Source of the DNA: Thermoplasmata archaeon
GTDB taxonomy: Archaea > Thermoplasmatota > Thermoplasmata > Lutacidiplasmatales > UBA184
Assembly: GCA_050011355.1 (NCBI GenBank)
Contig: JBEKJG010000001.1
Coordinates: forward strand, 70,875 to 134,874
DNA length: 64,000 nucleotides
Direction: 5' to 3'
Shown here: piece after piece, positions 9,014 to 18,820 of the stretch
How positions within the stretch are numbered: position 1 is the first letter of the stretch
Layout: each line of letters starts with the position of its first letter
Position numbers and translations under genes: made by a program
The notes under the pieces: model-generated
What the model was told of the DNA's origin: nothing
Databases searched by the model: none
Seen by the model: the letters and a program-made list of their open reading frames with translations, nothing else

Positions 9014-9327
9014 CGGCGCCGTCCCCCTCGGCACCGTCCGCCGGAGCCGCCACGGCGGCGACCCGTCCACCGGAGACCGAATCTCCGGCATTCCTCCGGC
9101 TGGTCGAGTCGCTCGCGCAACTGGCAGACGATTCCTCCGTGCCCCGCAACATCCGCCGCGGAGCCCAGTCCGCGAAGGACGAGCTCTCGAAGCCGCGCGT
9201 CGCGCTCGATATGCGGGTCGCGAGCGCCGTCTACGTCCTGGACGACCTCGCGAACGACCCCAACCTTCCGACGCACGGCCGCACCGCCATCTGGTCGATC
9301 ATCTCGGGTCTGGAGAGTCTTCAGTGA
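9010..9327 (+). CDS. UPF0147 family protein
   Basis: The blocks SSVPRNIRRGAQSA, RVASAVYVLDDLANDPNLPTHGRTAIWSIIS and LE match the archaeal UPF0147 signature as I recall it. ATGA overlap with the upstream gene. Confidence 0.65.
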   Translation: MTAPSPSAPSAGAATAATRPPETESPAFLRLVESLAQLADDSSVPRNIRRGAQSAKDELSKPRVALDMRVASAVYVLDDLANDPNLPTHGRTAIWSIISGLESLQ

Positions 9328-9344
9328 GTCTCCCCGGGCATAGG

Positions 9345-9352
9345 TTGAAATA
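9345..9352 (+). promoter_or_regulatory. candidate TATA box (TTGAAATA) for tRNA-Lys
   Basis: An A/T-rich octamer lies about 35 nt upstream of tRNA position 1 in an otherwise GC-rich spacer. Confidence 0.3.
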
Positions 9353-9386
9353 CGCCCCTCGGGTCCTCGAGACTCGGAGCGGTCGC

Positions 9387-9529
9387 GGGCCCGTAGCTCA
9401 GCTAGGTTGGCCGCGCGGTCTCCCGAGCGGCCCTACAAAGAGCATCCGGCTTTTAACCGGTTGGTCGGGGGTTCGAACGATCGACCCCGCGCGCGGCGCG
9501 GAGTCGTTCCGGACGTCCCCCCGGGCCCG
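9387..9529 (+). tRNA. tRNA-Lys(UUU) with two non-canonical introns (9408-9438 in the D-loop, 9478-9515 in the T-loop)
   Basis: The acceptor arms GGGCCCG / CGGGCCC are 130 nt apart. Removing the two inserts gives a 74-nt cloverleaf: D-arm GCUC-AGCUAGGUA-GAGC, anticodon arm UCCGG-CUUUUAA-CCGGU, variable loop UGGUC, T-arm GGGGG-UUCGAAU-CCCCC, discriminator G. Intron 2 forms a strict helix-bulge-helix-bulge-helix motif. Confidence 0.8.
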
Positions 9530-9550
9530 TTCCACTCCTCGGAGGATCGC

Positions 9551-9880
9551 ATGACCCCCAGCACCGCACGTCGCACGAAGAAGAAGGACGCAAAGCCCGT
9601 GGTGACCCGGCCGTTCATCGCCCACCACCTCGCGCCCCCGCACGAGGTGCTCAGCGAGGACGAGTCCCAGAAGGTGCTGGTCGGACTGTCGACCACCGCC
9701 GAGCGCCTCCCGAAGATCCTCCTCTCGGACCCCGGTCTCCAGACCGACCCCAAGTTCGTCCCCATGCGGGACGCCGGGGAGAACCTGGTGGGCCGGATCG
9801 TCCGCATCCACCGTCCCTCCCAGACCGCCGGGCAGGCGCTCGCCTACCGGGTCATCGTCCCGTCCCTCGGGAGTTCGTAG
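9551..9880 (+). CDS. rpoH: DNA-directed RNA polymerase subunit H (Rpo5)
   Basis: Starts at ATG 9551, preceded by GGAGGA. The sequence HHLAPPHEVLSEDE...LPKILLSDP...GRIVRIHRPSQTAGQALAYRVIV fits the RpoH pattern. The gene lies directly upstream of rpoB. Track ORF 9407 overlaps the tRNA and starts too far upstream. Confidence 0.85.
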   Translation: MTPSTARRTKKKDAKPVVTRPFIAHHLAPPHEVLSEDESQKVLVGLSTTAERLPKILLSDPGLQTDPKFVPMRDAGENLVGRIVRIHRPSQTAGQALAYRVIVPSLGSS

Positions 9881-9883
9881 TCC

Positions 9884-12800
9884 ATGCGCGAGATCGTAGA
9901 CGCCTTCTTCCGGGAGCGGTCAATCGTCAACCACCACCTCGCCAGCTTCAACGACTTCCTCCCGACGAAGGACAACCCGAACTCGCGGATGCAACGGATC
10001 GTCGACGAAGCCCGGGTCAGCGAGGACTCGACCGAGCGCGGGATCATCCGCCTCGACGTCCAGAAGACGAAGAGCTCGATCTACGTGCGGGTGGGCCGCC
10101 GCCGGGACGCCCGCGGCAACGTCAACCCGTCCGCCGAACCGACCATCTTCATCGGCGCCCCGTTCGTCAAGGAGCCCGTCGGCTCGAAGCCGACGCTCAC
10201 GCCCATGGAGGCCCGCCTGCGGAACCTCACCTACCAGGCCCCCATCCACCTCAAGGTCACCGTCGTCGAGAATGGTGTCGAGCGCGCGCCCGAGGACGTC
10301 CACATCGGCGACCTCCCCATCATGGTCAAGAGCCGCCCGTGCAACTTGAACCGCTACAAGGTCAGCGAGGACGACCAGATCTGGCTCTCGGACGACGAGT
10401 ATCGCGCGAAGCTCGTCGAGTACGGCGAGGACCCGCTCGACCCGGGCGGATACGCGGTCATCGGCGGGACGGAGCGGGTCATCATCAGCCTCGAGGACCT
10501 CGCCCCGAACCGCATCTTCGCCGAGCACAACGAACGCTACGGCACGCCGATCGAGAGCGCGAAGGTGTTCAGCCAGCGCGGCGGCTACCGGTCCCTCACC
10601 GTCGTCGAGAAGAAGAAGGAGGGGATCCTGCAGGTCTCCGTCCCGACGGCGAGCGGCCAGATCCCGCTGGTCATCATGATGAAGGCCCTCGGGATGAAGA
10701 ACGACGAGGAGATCTTCCAGGCGGTCCTGGGAGAGCTGTACCCGCTGGACGAGCCGTTCGTCCAGACGATGAAGCACCTCCTCAACGTCAACCTCGAGGA
10801 GTGCGTCTCGAAGAAGCTCTACCCCCCCGAGGGGATCCTCTCCACCGAGGACGCCCTCGTCTACCTCGAGAAGAAGTTCGCCACGGGGCAGGCGAAGGAG
10901 TACCGCCAGCGCAAGGTCGACGGCATCCTCGACCGGTCGCTCCTCCCCCACCTCGGCGACACGAAGGGGGACCGACTCAAGAAGGCCCTCTACCTCGCGC
11001 GCATGGCGCGTACCGTCCTCGAGCTCCACCTCAAGGTCCGGGGGGAGGACGACAAGGACCACTACGCGAACAAGCGCCTCAAGCTCGCAGGGGACCTCAT
11101 GGAGGACCTCTTCCGGGTGGCGTTCTCGCTGCTCCTGAAGGACCTCAAGTACCAGCTCGAGCGCTCGTTCGCCCGAAAGAAGGACCTCCGCATCGCGAGC
11201 GCGATCCGGCCCGACCTCCTGACGCAGCGCCTGGTCCACGCCCTCGCGACCGGCAACTGGGTTGGCGGGCGCGCCGGAGTGAGCCAGGTGCTCGACCGGA
11301 CGAGCCACATGTCCACGATTAGCCACCTCCGGCGGGTCACGAGCCCGCTCACCCGGAGCCAGCCGCACTTCGAGGCACGCGACCTGCACCCCACGCAGTG
11401 GGGGCGGCTCTGCCCCAACGAGACCCCCGAGGGCCAGAACTGCGGTCTCGTCAAGAACTACGCCCTGTGCGTCGACGTCTCGGAAGGGGCCGACGAGGAG
11501 GAGGTCACCCTCATCCTGCGCGACCTGAACACCCGCGAGATCGGTCCGGACGTCCTGGAAGAGTCCGCCGCGCCGAAGGGCCGGCGCGCCGCACGGGTCT
11601 ACGTCAACGGCAACCTCGTCGGCCTCCACTCGCAGCCGGTCGACCTCGTCCGGGAGATCCGCGAACGCCGCCGGACGGGGACCCTCTCGCCGACGCTCGG
11701 CGACAAGACCTACGAGATCAACGTCCGCTACGATGACGAGATGAACGAGGTCATCGTCCACTGCGACTCGGGCCGCCTCCGGCGCCCGCTCGTCGTCGTG
11801 AAGGGCGGGGTCCCGCGCGTGACGCGCTCGGACCTCGACGACCTCGCCCGCGGGACCCTCTCCTTCTCCGACCTCATCCGCCAGGGGAAGATCGAGTGGG
11901 TCGACGCCGAGGAGGAGGAGGACAGCCTCATCGCGGTCGACCCGTACGTCCCACCCGACCGCTGCCCGAAGTGCACGAAGGCCCTCTCGCGCTCCGACCT
12001 CCGCTGGATGTCGATGGGCGACAAGTCGGAGAAGACGATCGTCGAGTGCGGGATCTGCCACCAGGAGTTCCCGACCACGTCGCTCCTGACCGAGAAGCAC
12101 ACGCACCTCGAGATCGACCCGAACCTGATGCTCGGTGTCTGCACCGGGCTCATCCCGTACCCCGAGCACAACTCGGCGCCCCGGAACACGATGGGCTCGG
12201 GAATGGCCAAGCAGGCGCTCGGCGTCGAGTCGGTGAACTACCGCCGCCGCCCCGACACGCGGAGCCACCTGCTCCACTACCCGCAGGCACCGCTGCTCCA
12301 GACGCAGACGATGCGGTACGTCCACTTCACGGAGCGGCCCGCGGGCCAGAACTTCGTCGTCGCCATCCTCTCGTACGAGGGGTACAACATGCAGGACGCG
12401 CTCGTCTTCTCCAAGGGCGCGATCGACCGCGGCCTCGGACGTTCGTCGTTCTTCCGCACGTACCGTGGCGAGGAGCGCAAGTATCCGGGCGGTCAGGAGG
12501 ACCGCTTCGAGATCCCCCGGCCCGACGTCGCGGGAGCCCGCGTCGACACGGCCTACCGCAACCTCGGCGAGGACGGTCTCATCTTCCCCGAGCTCGAGGT
12601 CACCGAAGGGGACGTCCTCGTCGGCAAGACGAGCCCGCCGCGCTTCCTCGAGGAGAAGACCGACCTGCTCACGCCCCAGAAGCGGCGCGAGACGAGCGTC
12701 ACGGTCCGATTCGGCGAGTCCGGCTGGGTCGACAACGTCATCCTGACGGAGGGGGAGAACATCTCCAAGCTCGTCAAGGTCAAGGTCCGCAACCAGCGGA

Positions 12801-13555
12801 TCCCCGAGCTCGGCGACAAGTTCGCGAGCCGGCACGGCCAGAAGGGTGTCGTCGGGCTCATCGTCCCGCAGGAGAACCTGCCGTTCACCCGGGACGGGAT
12901 CACCCCGGACCTGCTGATCAACCCGCACGCGATCCCGTCGCGCATGACGGTCGCCCACGTGCTCGAGATGCTCGGCGGCAAGGTCGGCGCCCTCGAGGGG
13001 CGCACCATCGACGGTACCGCGTTCTCCGGAGCGCGAGAGGAAGCGCTCCGGGACGGCCTGAAGGCGCTCGGCCTCCACCCCAGCGGACGCCAGACCCTGT
13101 ACGACGGGCTCACCGGCCGCCGGTTCGAGGCGGAGATCTTCATCGGCGTGATCTACTACCAGAAGCTCCACCACATGGTCGCGGGCAAGATGCACATGCG
13201 CTCGCGCGGACCCGTCCAGATCCTGACGCGGCAGCCGACCGAGGGGCGCTCCCGCCAGGGCGGTCTCCGGTTCGGAGAGATGGAGCGGGACTGCTTGATC
13301 GGCCACGGCGTCGCGATGGTCATCAAGGACCGTCTGCTCGACGAGTCGGACGGCACGGTCCAGTACGTCTGCGGCAACCCGGAGTGCGGCCACATCGCGA
13401 TCCCCGACTCGCGGGCGAGTTCGCTCCGGTGCCCGAGCTGCGGGAACACGTCGTCGATCTACCCGGTCGAGATGAGCTACTCGTTCAAGCTCCTCCTCGA
13501 GGAGCTGATCAGTCTCGGCGTGGTCATGCGGCTGCAACTTGAGGAGATGCGGTAG
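9884..13555 (+). CDS. rpoB: DNA-directed RNA polymerase subunit B (unsplit, 1223 aa)
   Basis: Contains [46 protein letters not shown] and the C-terminal Zn motif CGNPECGH...CPSCGN. It also has an extra internal CxxC..CxxC segment at residues 694-725. Confidence 0.97.
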   Translation: MREIVDAFFRERSIVNHHLASFNDFLPTKDNPNSRMQRIVDEARVSEDSTERGIIRLDVQKTKSSIYVRVGRRRDARGNVNPSAEPTIFIGAPFVKEPVGSKPTLTPMEARLRNLTYQAPIHLKVTVVENGVERAPEDVHIGDLPIMVKSRPCNLNRYKVSEDDQIWLSDDEYRAKLVEYGEDPLDPGGYAVIGGTERVIISLEDLAPNRIFAEHNERYGTPIESAKVFSQRGGYRSLTVVEKKKEGILQVSVPTASGQIPLVIMMKALGMKNDEEIFQAVLGELYPLDEPFVQTMKHLLNVNLEECVSKKLYPPEGILSTEDALVYLEKKFATGQAKEYRQRKVDGILDRSLLPHLGDTKGDRLKKALYLARMARTVLELHLKVRGEDDKDHYANKRLKLAGDLMEDLFRVAFSLLLKDLKYQLERSFARKKDLRIASAIRPDLLTQRLVHALATGNWVGGRAGVSQVLDRTSHMSTISHLRRVTSPLTRSQPHFEARDLHPTQWGRLCPNETPEGQNCGLVKNYALCVDVSEGADEEEVTLILRDLNTREIGPDVLEESAAPKGRRAARVYVNGNLVGLHSQPVDLVREIRERRRTGTLSPTLGDKTYEINVRYDDEMNEVIVHCDSGRLRRPLVVVKGGVPRVTRSDLDDLARGTLSFSDLIRQGKIEWVDAEEEEDSLIAVDPYVPPDRCPKCTKALSRSDLRWMSMGDKSEKTIVECGICHQEFPTTSLLTEKHTHLEIDPNLMLGVCTGLIPYPEHNSAPRNTMGSGMAKQALGVESVNYRRRPDTRSHLLHYPQAPLLQTQTMRYVHFTERPAGQNFVVAILSYEGYNMQDALVFSKGAIDRGLGRSSFFRTYRGEERKYPGGQEDRFEIPRPDVAGARVDTAYRNLGEDGLIFPELEVTEGDVLVGKTSPPRFLEEKTDLLTPQKRRETSVTVRFGESGWVDNVILTEGENISKLVKVKVRNQRIPELGDKFASRHGQKGVVGLIVPQENLPFTRDGITPDLLINPHAIPSRMTVAHVLEMLGGKVGALEGRTIDGTAFSGAREEALRDGLKALGLHPSGRQTLYDGLTGRRFEAEIFIGVIYYQKLHHMVAGKMHMRSRGPVQILTRQPTEGRSRQGGLRFGEMERDCLIGHGVAMVIKDRLLDESDGTVQYVCGNPECGHIAIPDSRASSLRCPSCGNTSSIYPVEMSYSFKLLLEELISLGVVMRLQLEEMR

Positions 13556-13566
13556 GGAGGTTCCAC

Positions 13567-16353
13567 ATGGCGCAAGGACTGTCCAAGAAGATCAAGAGCC
13601 TCCAGTTCGCCTTCCTCTCGCCGGACGAGATCCGCCGCATGAGCGGTGTGAAGATCATCACGGCCGACACGTACGACGACGACGGCTACCCGATCGAGAT
13701 GGGTCTGATGGACCTCCACCTTGGGGTCATCGAGCCGAACCTGCGCTGCCGCACCTGCGGCGGCCGGGTGAACGAGTGCCCCGGGCACTTCGGGATCATC
13801 GAGCTCGCCATGCCGGTCATCCACGTCGGCTACGCGAAGGAGATCAAGCGCCTGCTCCAGTCGACCTGCCGGGCCTGCGGCCGGATGCTGCCGGACGCGC
13901 CCTCCCCTCGCGCCGAGGCGGCCTCCGATTCGGACGACGCGACGCCGGCGCCGCGGACCCGCGAGCCGAAGGACGAGCGGACCTGCCCGCACTGCCACGA
14001 GATCCAGCAGCGGATCGTGCTCGACAAGCCGACGACCTTCCGCGAGAACTCGCACAAGATCACCCCCAAGGAGGTCCGCGCCCGACTCGAGCGGATCCCG
14101 GACGAGGACGTCCGGTTCCTCGGCCTCAACCCGCGCTTCGGCCGCCCCGAGTGGATGGTGCTCACCGTCCTGCCGGTCCCGCCGGTCCAGGTCCGCCCCT
14201 CGATCACCCTCGAGAGCGGGGAACGGAGCGAGGACGACCTGACCCACAAGCTGGTCGACGTGCTGCGGATCAACCAGCGGCTGCGCGAGAACCGCGACAT
14301 GGGCGCCCCCCAGCTCGTCGTCGAGGACCTGTGGGAGCTGCTCCAGTACCACGTCACGACCTACTTCGACAACCAGACCAGCGGCATCCCGCCCGCCCGG
14401 CACCGTTCGGGCCGCCCGCTGAAGACCCTCGCCCAGCGCCTCAAGGGGAAGGACGGACGGTTCCGTTCGAACCTCTCGGGAAAGCGGGTCAACTTCTCGG
14501 CGCGCACGGTCATCAGCCCCGACCCGCTCCTCTCGATCAACGAGGTCGGGATCCCGGCGGAGGTCGCGCGCGGCCTCACCGTCCCGCTCCAGGTCACGCC
14601 CCACAGCCAGGAGGTCGCCAAGGAGCTCGTCAAGCGCGGCCCCAACCCTCCGCCCGACGCGGAAGGCCGGTACCGCTGCGGCGTGAACTACCTCATCCGC
14701 GAGGACGGCCAGCGGATCAAGGTCATGGAGAAGAACGCCGAGGCGTGCGCCGAGCTCGTGACGCCCGGCTCGGTCGTCGAGCGCCAGCTGATCGACGGCG
14801 ACATCGTGCTGTTCAACCGGCAGCCGAGCCTCCACCGGATGAGCATGATGGCCCACTTCGTCCGGATCCTGCCGCACAAGACGTTCCGGTTCAACCTCTG
14901 CGACTGCCCGCCCTACAACGCGGATTTCGACGGCGACGAGATGAACCTCCACGTCCTCCAGAGCCAGGAGGCCCGCGCCGAGGCCAAGGTCCTCATGAAG
15001 GTCGAGGAGCACATCCTCTCGCCACGGTACGGCGGCCCCATCATCGGGATGTTGCACGACCACATCACCGCCGCGTTCCTCCTCACGTACCAGAACCCGA
15101 CGTTCACCCGCGCCGAGGTGACGTACCTCCTCTCGAAGCTCCACTACCCGATGCCGCCCCCGGCGGGCGAGAAGGAGGGCGTGGAGTTCTGGACGGGCAA
15201 GCAGCTGTTCTCGCTGACGCTCCCGGACGACCTGACGCTCGAGTTCCACTCGAACATCTGGGCCCGGTGCGACTGCTCGCCGCTCAACTGCAAGCACGAC
15301 GCCTACGTCGTGATCGAGAACGGGGTCCTCAAGGCCGGGACGATCGACAAGAAGGCGATCGCCTACGAGAAGGGCGCCGTCCTGGACGCCATCGCCCGGA
15401 ACGACGGCATGGGGCGGGCCCGCCAGTTCCTGGACGAGATGAGCCGGTTGTGCATCACGGCGATCGGGCTCAACGGGCTCTCCACCGGCATCGATGACGA
15501 GGACGTCCCCGAAGGGGCCCAGAAGGAGATCCGGACCGCGCTCGAGGATGCGCGGCTCAAGGTCAACGAGCTGGTCGAGCAGTACCGCGAGGAGAAGCTC
15601 GAGCAGATGCCCGGCCGTTCCCTCGAGGAGACGCTCGAGGTCATGGTCCGGCGGGAGCTCGGCCAGGCGCGCGACAAGGCGGGCGACATCGCGGGCCGAT
15701 TCCTCGGTCTCGAGAACCCGGCCGTCATTCTCGCCAAATCCGGCGCCCGCGGCTCGATGCTCAACCTGACGCAGATGGCCGGCGCCGTCGGCCAGCAGTC
15801 GGTCCGGGGCGAGCGCCTGATGCGCGGCTACGTCCACCGGACGCTGCCGCACTTCCAGCGCGAGGACCTCGGGGCGGATGCGCGCGGCTTCGTGAGCTCG
15901 AGCTACAAGCTCGGACTCTCGCCGACGGAGTACTTCTTCCACTCGATGGGGGGCCGGGAGTCGCTGGTCGACACGGCGGTCCGTACGAGCCGCTCGGGAT
16001 ACATGCAGCGCCGTCTGATCAACGCGCTCGAGGACGTCAAGGTCGCCGCGGACGGGACCGTCCGCAACACGGCCGGGACCGTCATCGAGTTCCGCTACGG
16101 GGAGGACGGGATCGACCCGACCCGCTCCTTCCAGGGCGAGGCCGTCGCGCTGGACGAGGTCGTCTCCCAGGTGCTCGGGCGCCGCGTGCGCACGGGGGAC
16201 CTGAAGGGCCCGGACGACGTCGAGGGCGCGCCGCCCGTCAGCGAGGAAGAGATGGACCTCCAGGCCGAAGCCCAGCTCGAGGAAGAGGAGAGCGAGGACG
16301 AAGGCGAGGAGACCGGCGGACCCGAGGAAGGTCCGGAGTTCGGAGGGGAGTAG
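13567..16353 (+). CDS. rpoA1: DNA-directed RNA polymerase subunit A'
   Basis: Contains the N-terminal Zn motifs ([26 protein letters not shown]), the catalytic [10 protein letters not shown] and a GGGAGG Shine-Dalgarno element. It ends in an acidic C-terminal tail. Confidence 0.97.
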   Translation: MAQGLSKKIKSLQFAFLSPDEIRRMSGVKIITADTYDDDGYPIEMGLMDLHLGVIEPNLRCRTCGGRVNECPGHFGIIELAMPVIHVGYAKEIKRLLQSTCRACGRMLPDAPSPRAEAASDSDDATPAPRTREPKDERTCPHCHEIQQRIVLDKPTTFRENSHKITPKEVRARLERIPDEDVRFLGLNPRFGRPEWMVLTVLPVPPVQVRPSITLESGERSEDDLTHKLVDVLRINQRLRENRDMGAPQLVVEDLWELLQYHVTTYFDNQTSGIPPARHRSGRPLKTLAQRLKGKDGRFRSNLSGKRVNFSARTVISPDPLLSINEVGIPAEVARGLTVPLQVTPHSQEVAKELVKRGPNPPPDAEGRYRCGVNYLIREDGQRIKVMEKNAEACAELVTPGSVVERQLIDGDIVLFNRQPSLHRMSMMAHFVRILPHKTFRFNLCDCPPYNADFDGDEMNLHVLQSQEARAEAKVLMKVEEHILSPRYGGPIIGMLHDHITAAFLLTYQNPTFTRAEVTYLLSKLHYPMPPPAGEKEGVEFWTGKQLFSLTLPDDLTLEFHSNIWARCDCSPLNCKHDAYVVIENGVLKAGTIDKKAIAYEKGAVLDAIARNDGMGRARQFLDEMSRLCITAIGLNGLSTGIDDEDVPEGAQKEIRTALEDARLKVNELVEQYREEKLEQMPGRSLEETLEVMVRRELGQARDKAGDIAGRFLGLENPAVILAKSGARGSMLNLTQMAGAVGQQSVRGERLMRGYVHRTLPHFQREDLGADARGFVSSSYKLGLSPTEYFFHSMGGRESLVDTAVRTSRSGYMQRRLINALEDVKVAADGTVRNTAGTVIEFRYGEDGIDPTRSFQGEAVALDEVVSQVLGRRVRTGDLKGPDDVEGAPPVSEEEMDLQAEAQLEEEESEDEGEETGGPEEGPEFGGE

Positions 16354-16358
16354 GCACC

Positions 16359-17726
16359 ATGCCCGCAGAGAAGAAGAGCGCACCGAAGGCCGCAACGAAG
16401 GCACCCCCGAAGGACATGGTCCAGCGGATCCTCGACGCCGCGAAGCAGGAGCACGTCTCGCTACCGCCCTCCCTGGTCGAGGGCCTGAAGACGAAGGTCC
16501 AGACGCTCCGCCTCTCGCCGGCCGACACGAACAAGATCCTGCACGAGGTCGCGCGACGGTTCGGCCGCGCCGAGGTGGACGCCCACGAGTCGGTCGGCGT
16601 CATCGCCGCGCAGTCGATCGGCGAGCCGGGCACCCAGATGACGCTGCGGACGTTCCACTACGCCGGGGTCGCCGAGATGAACGTCACGCTCGGCCTCCCG
16701 CGGCTCATCGAGCTCGTGGACGCGCGCCGCGTCCCGTCGACGCCGATGATGACCGTCCACGTCGACAAGAAGCTCAAGAACGACCGGGACACGGTCGAGG
16801 AGATCGCGCTCCGGATCGAGGTGACGACCGTCCCCGACGTCGCCGCGATCGGGACCGTGGTCGAGGATCTCAAGGTCGTCGTCTCGCCCCAGGCGGCGCT
16901 GATGGCCAAGCGGGGCGTCAAGCGCGCGGAGATCGAGAGCGCGCTCACCGAGAACCTGGACCTCCGCCTGTTCGAGATCCGGCCCGGCTCCGGGAGCGGG
17001 GAGACCCGCACGTTCGAGATCCACCTCAAGGAGGCCGGGACCTCCGGCGCAAAGACGAAGTCGCGCCGGGAGGAGCTGGTCGAGGAGATGCCGTTCAAGA
17101 AGCTCCTCATCGCGAGCGAAGAGGCCTCCGCGATCCGGATCAAGGGCGTCCTCGGCATCCGCCGGGCGCTGATCCGCCGCGAGAAGGACGAGTACGTGAT
17201 CTACACCGAGGGGTCGAACCTCGACGGGGTCCTCGAGATCCCGGGCGTGGACGGGGTCCGCACCACCACCAACTCGGTCTTCGAGATCTACCGCGTCTAC
17301 GGGGTCGAGGCGGCCCGCGCCGCGCTGATCCACGAGACGAACCGCACGCTGGCCGAGCAGGGGCTCGGGGTCGACATCCGGCACCTCATGCTGGTCGCCG
17401 ACGTCATGACGAACGAGGGCGACATCCGCGCCATCGGACGCCACGGGATCTCCGGGAAGAAGACGAGCGTGCTCGCCCGGGCCGCGTTCGAGATCACCGC
17501 CGCCCACCTGCTCCGCGCCGCGATCATCGGCGAGGTCGACGAGCTGAAGGGCGTCGCCGAGAACATCATCGTCGGCCAGCCGATCACCCTCGGCACCGGC
17601 GCCGTCAACCTCGTCTACCGGCCCCTCCCGGGCGCGCTCCCCAAGCGCGCCCCGGCGCCCCACACACCGGAGCCGCCCGTCGTCCCCGCCGCGGACGAGC
17701 TCGAACCGATGGTCCCGGAGGCCTAG
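16359..17726 (+). CDS. rpoA2: DNA-directed RNA polymerase subunit A''
   Basis: Contains [26 protein letters not shown] and the C-terminal [17 protein letters not shown]. Confidence 0.95.
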   Translation: MPAEKKSAPKAATKAPPKDMVQRILDAAKQEHVSLPPSLVEGLKTKVQTLRLSPADTNKILHEVARRFGRAEVDAHESVGVIAAQSIGEPGTQMTLRTFHYAGVAEMNVTLGLPRLIELVDARRVPSTPMMTVHVDKKLKNDRDTVEEIALRIEVTTVPDVAAIGTVVEDLKVVVSPQAALMAKRGVKRAEIESALTENLDLRLFEIRPGSGSGETRTFEIHLKEAGTSGAKTKSRREELVEEMPFKKLLIASEEASAIRIKGVLGIRRALIRREKDEYVIYTEGSNLDGVLEIPGVDGVRTTTNSVFEIYRVYGVEAARAALIHETNRTLAEQGLGVDIRHLMLVADVMTNEGDIRAIGRHGISGKKTSVLARAAFEITAAHLLRAAIIGEVDELKGVAENIIVGQPITLGTGAVNLVYRPLPGALPKRAPAPHTPEPPVVPAADELEPMVPEA

Positions 17727-17727
17727 G

Positions 17728-18015
17728 ATGGACCTCGCGCACGCCCTCAAGGTCGCGCTCGAGACCGGCAAGGTGAAGCTCGGCGTCCACGAGACGCTCG
17801 ACGCCGCCGAGGGGAAGAAGGCGAAACTGCTCATCGTCGCGAAGAGCTGCCCCGACGAGAAGCTCCGGACGGAGCGCACGTACGGGAAGATCCCGATCTA
17901 CCACTACGAGGGCTCCGCGGTCGACCTCGGACAGGCGTGCGGCCGGCCCTTCCCCATCAGTGCGATGGCGATCCTGGACGCCGGGTCGAGCGCCATCCTC
18001 TCGCTCGAAACGTAG
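17728..18015 (+). CDS. rpl30e: 50S ribosomal protein L30e
   Basis: 95 aa with ALETGKVKLG, AKLLIVAKSCP and LGQACGRPFPISAMAILDAGSS. Confidence 0.9.
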   Translation: MDLAHALKVALETGKVKLGVHETLDAAEGKKAKLLIVAKSCPDEKLRTERTYGKIPIYHYEGSAVDLGQACGRPFPISAMAILDAGSSAILSLET

Positions 18016-18037
18016 GGGCGGGCGAACCCTTTCCCCC

Positions 18038-18463
18038 ATGGCGGAGATCTCCCTCGACACCGAGACCCTCGGCTACATCCGGTTGTTCGAAGAGCGCACG
18101 GGGGCCCGGGTGAAGGACTGCCTCCACGCGGAGGACAAGCTCGTCTTCCTGGTCTATCCGGGCGAGGTCCACAAGGCGGTCGGCCCCGGCGGAGTGCTGG
18201 TCGACCGGCTGAAGGGGATGCTCAAAAAGGAGATCCAGGTGGTCGAGTACGCGGACGACCCCGAGACCCTCGTGAAGAACATCTTCTACTGGTACAGCCC
18301 GAAGCAGGTCGACCTGGTCCCGAAGGGGAAGGGCCGGCACGCGACCGTCACGGTCGACCCGGCCTGGAAGGCCCGCGCGATCGGCAAGGCGGGGAAGAAC
18401 TTGAAGGTCGCGCGGGCGATCCTCGTCCGGCACACCGACATCGCCTCCGTCAGCGTCGCGTAG
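18038..18463 (+). CDS. nusA: archaeal NusA-like transcription termination factor (two KH domains)
   Basis: Starts at ATG 18038 (MAEISLDTETLGYIRLFEERTGARVKDC...) and contains KARAIGKAGKNLKVARAIL. It occupies the conserved position after rpl30e. Confidence 0.85.
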   Translation: MAEISLDTETLGYIRLFEERTGARVKDCLHAEDKLVFLVYPGEVHKAVGPGGVLVDRLKGMLKKEIQVVEYADDPETLVKNIFYWYSPKQVDLVPKGKGRHATVTVDPAWKARAIGKAGKNLKVARAILVRHTDIASVSVA

Positions 18464-18535
18464 GTTCCCTCCGGGGCGCGGGACCGCACGGGCGGGAGCT
18501 TCAAGACCTCCGGCTCCTCCCGTAGGGTGTCTCCC

Positions 18536-18805
18536 ATGCTCGAGGTCCGACTGGACAGCTGGCTCCGCGGGTTCGGTCCGCCCAGCCGGGTGAAGCTCGA
18601 AGCCGACACGCTCGCGCACCTCCTGGACGAGCTCGAGGCGCGGTACCCCCGGTTCCGGTTCAAGGTCCGGGACGAGGCCGGTGCGCTCCGAAAGTACGTC
18701 CGGGTCTTCGTGGACGGGACCGACGTGAGCGGGACGACGGGCGTCGACACCCCCCTGGCCGGCGCCCGAACGATAGATATCCTCCATTCCATAGCGGGAG
18801 GGTAG
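18536..18805 (+). CDS. MoaD/ThiS-family ubiquitin-like beta-grasp protein ending in Gly-Gly (SAMP-like)
   Basis: MLEVRLDSWLRGF...YVRVFVDGTDV...ARTIDILHSIAGG followed by a stop. The size and the C-terminal GG are typical of MoaD/SAMP. The track start GTG 18527 is an alternative. Confidence 0.7.
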   Translation: MLEVRLDSWLRGFGPPSRVKLEADTLAHLLDELEARYPRFRFKVRDEAGALRKYVRVFVDGTDVSGTTGVDTPLAGARTIDILHSIAGG

Positions 18806-18820
18806 CCGAGGCACGGGACC

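Noticed and set aside
9920-13537. 1205-aa minus-strand ORF antisense to all of rpoB. Similar giants occur at 13477..16404, 27205..31059, 33240..35066, 40231..42165, 46823..48889, 54626..56248 and elsewhere.
   Set aside because: These are codon-aligned shadow ORFs. The 9920..13537 ORF is in exact codon register with rpoB, since (13535-9884) is divisible by 3. In that register an antisense stop requires a sense TTA, CTA or TCA codon, and these are nearly absent at such high GC3. The translations are Arg/Pro/Gly/Asp-rich low-complexity sequence with no motifs, while the opposite strand carries unmistakable conserved proteins.
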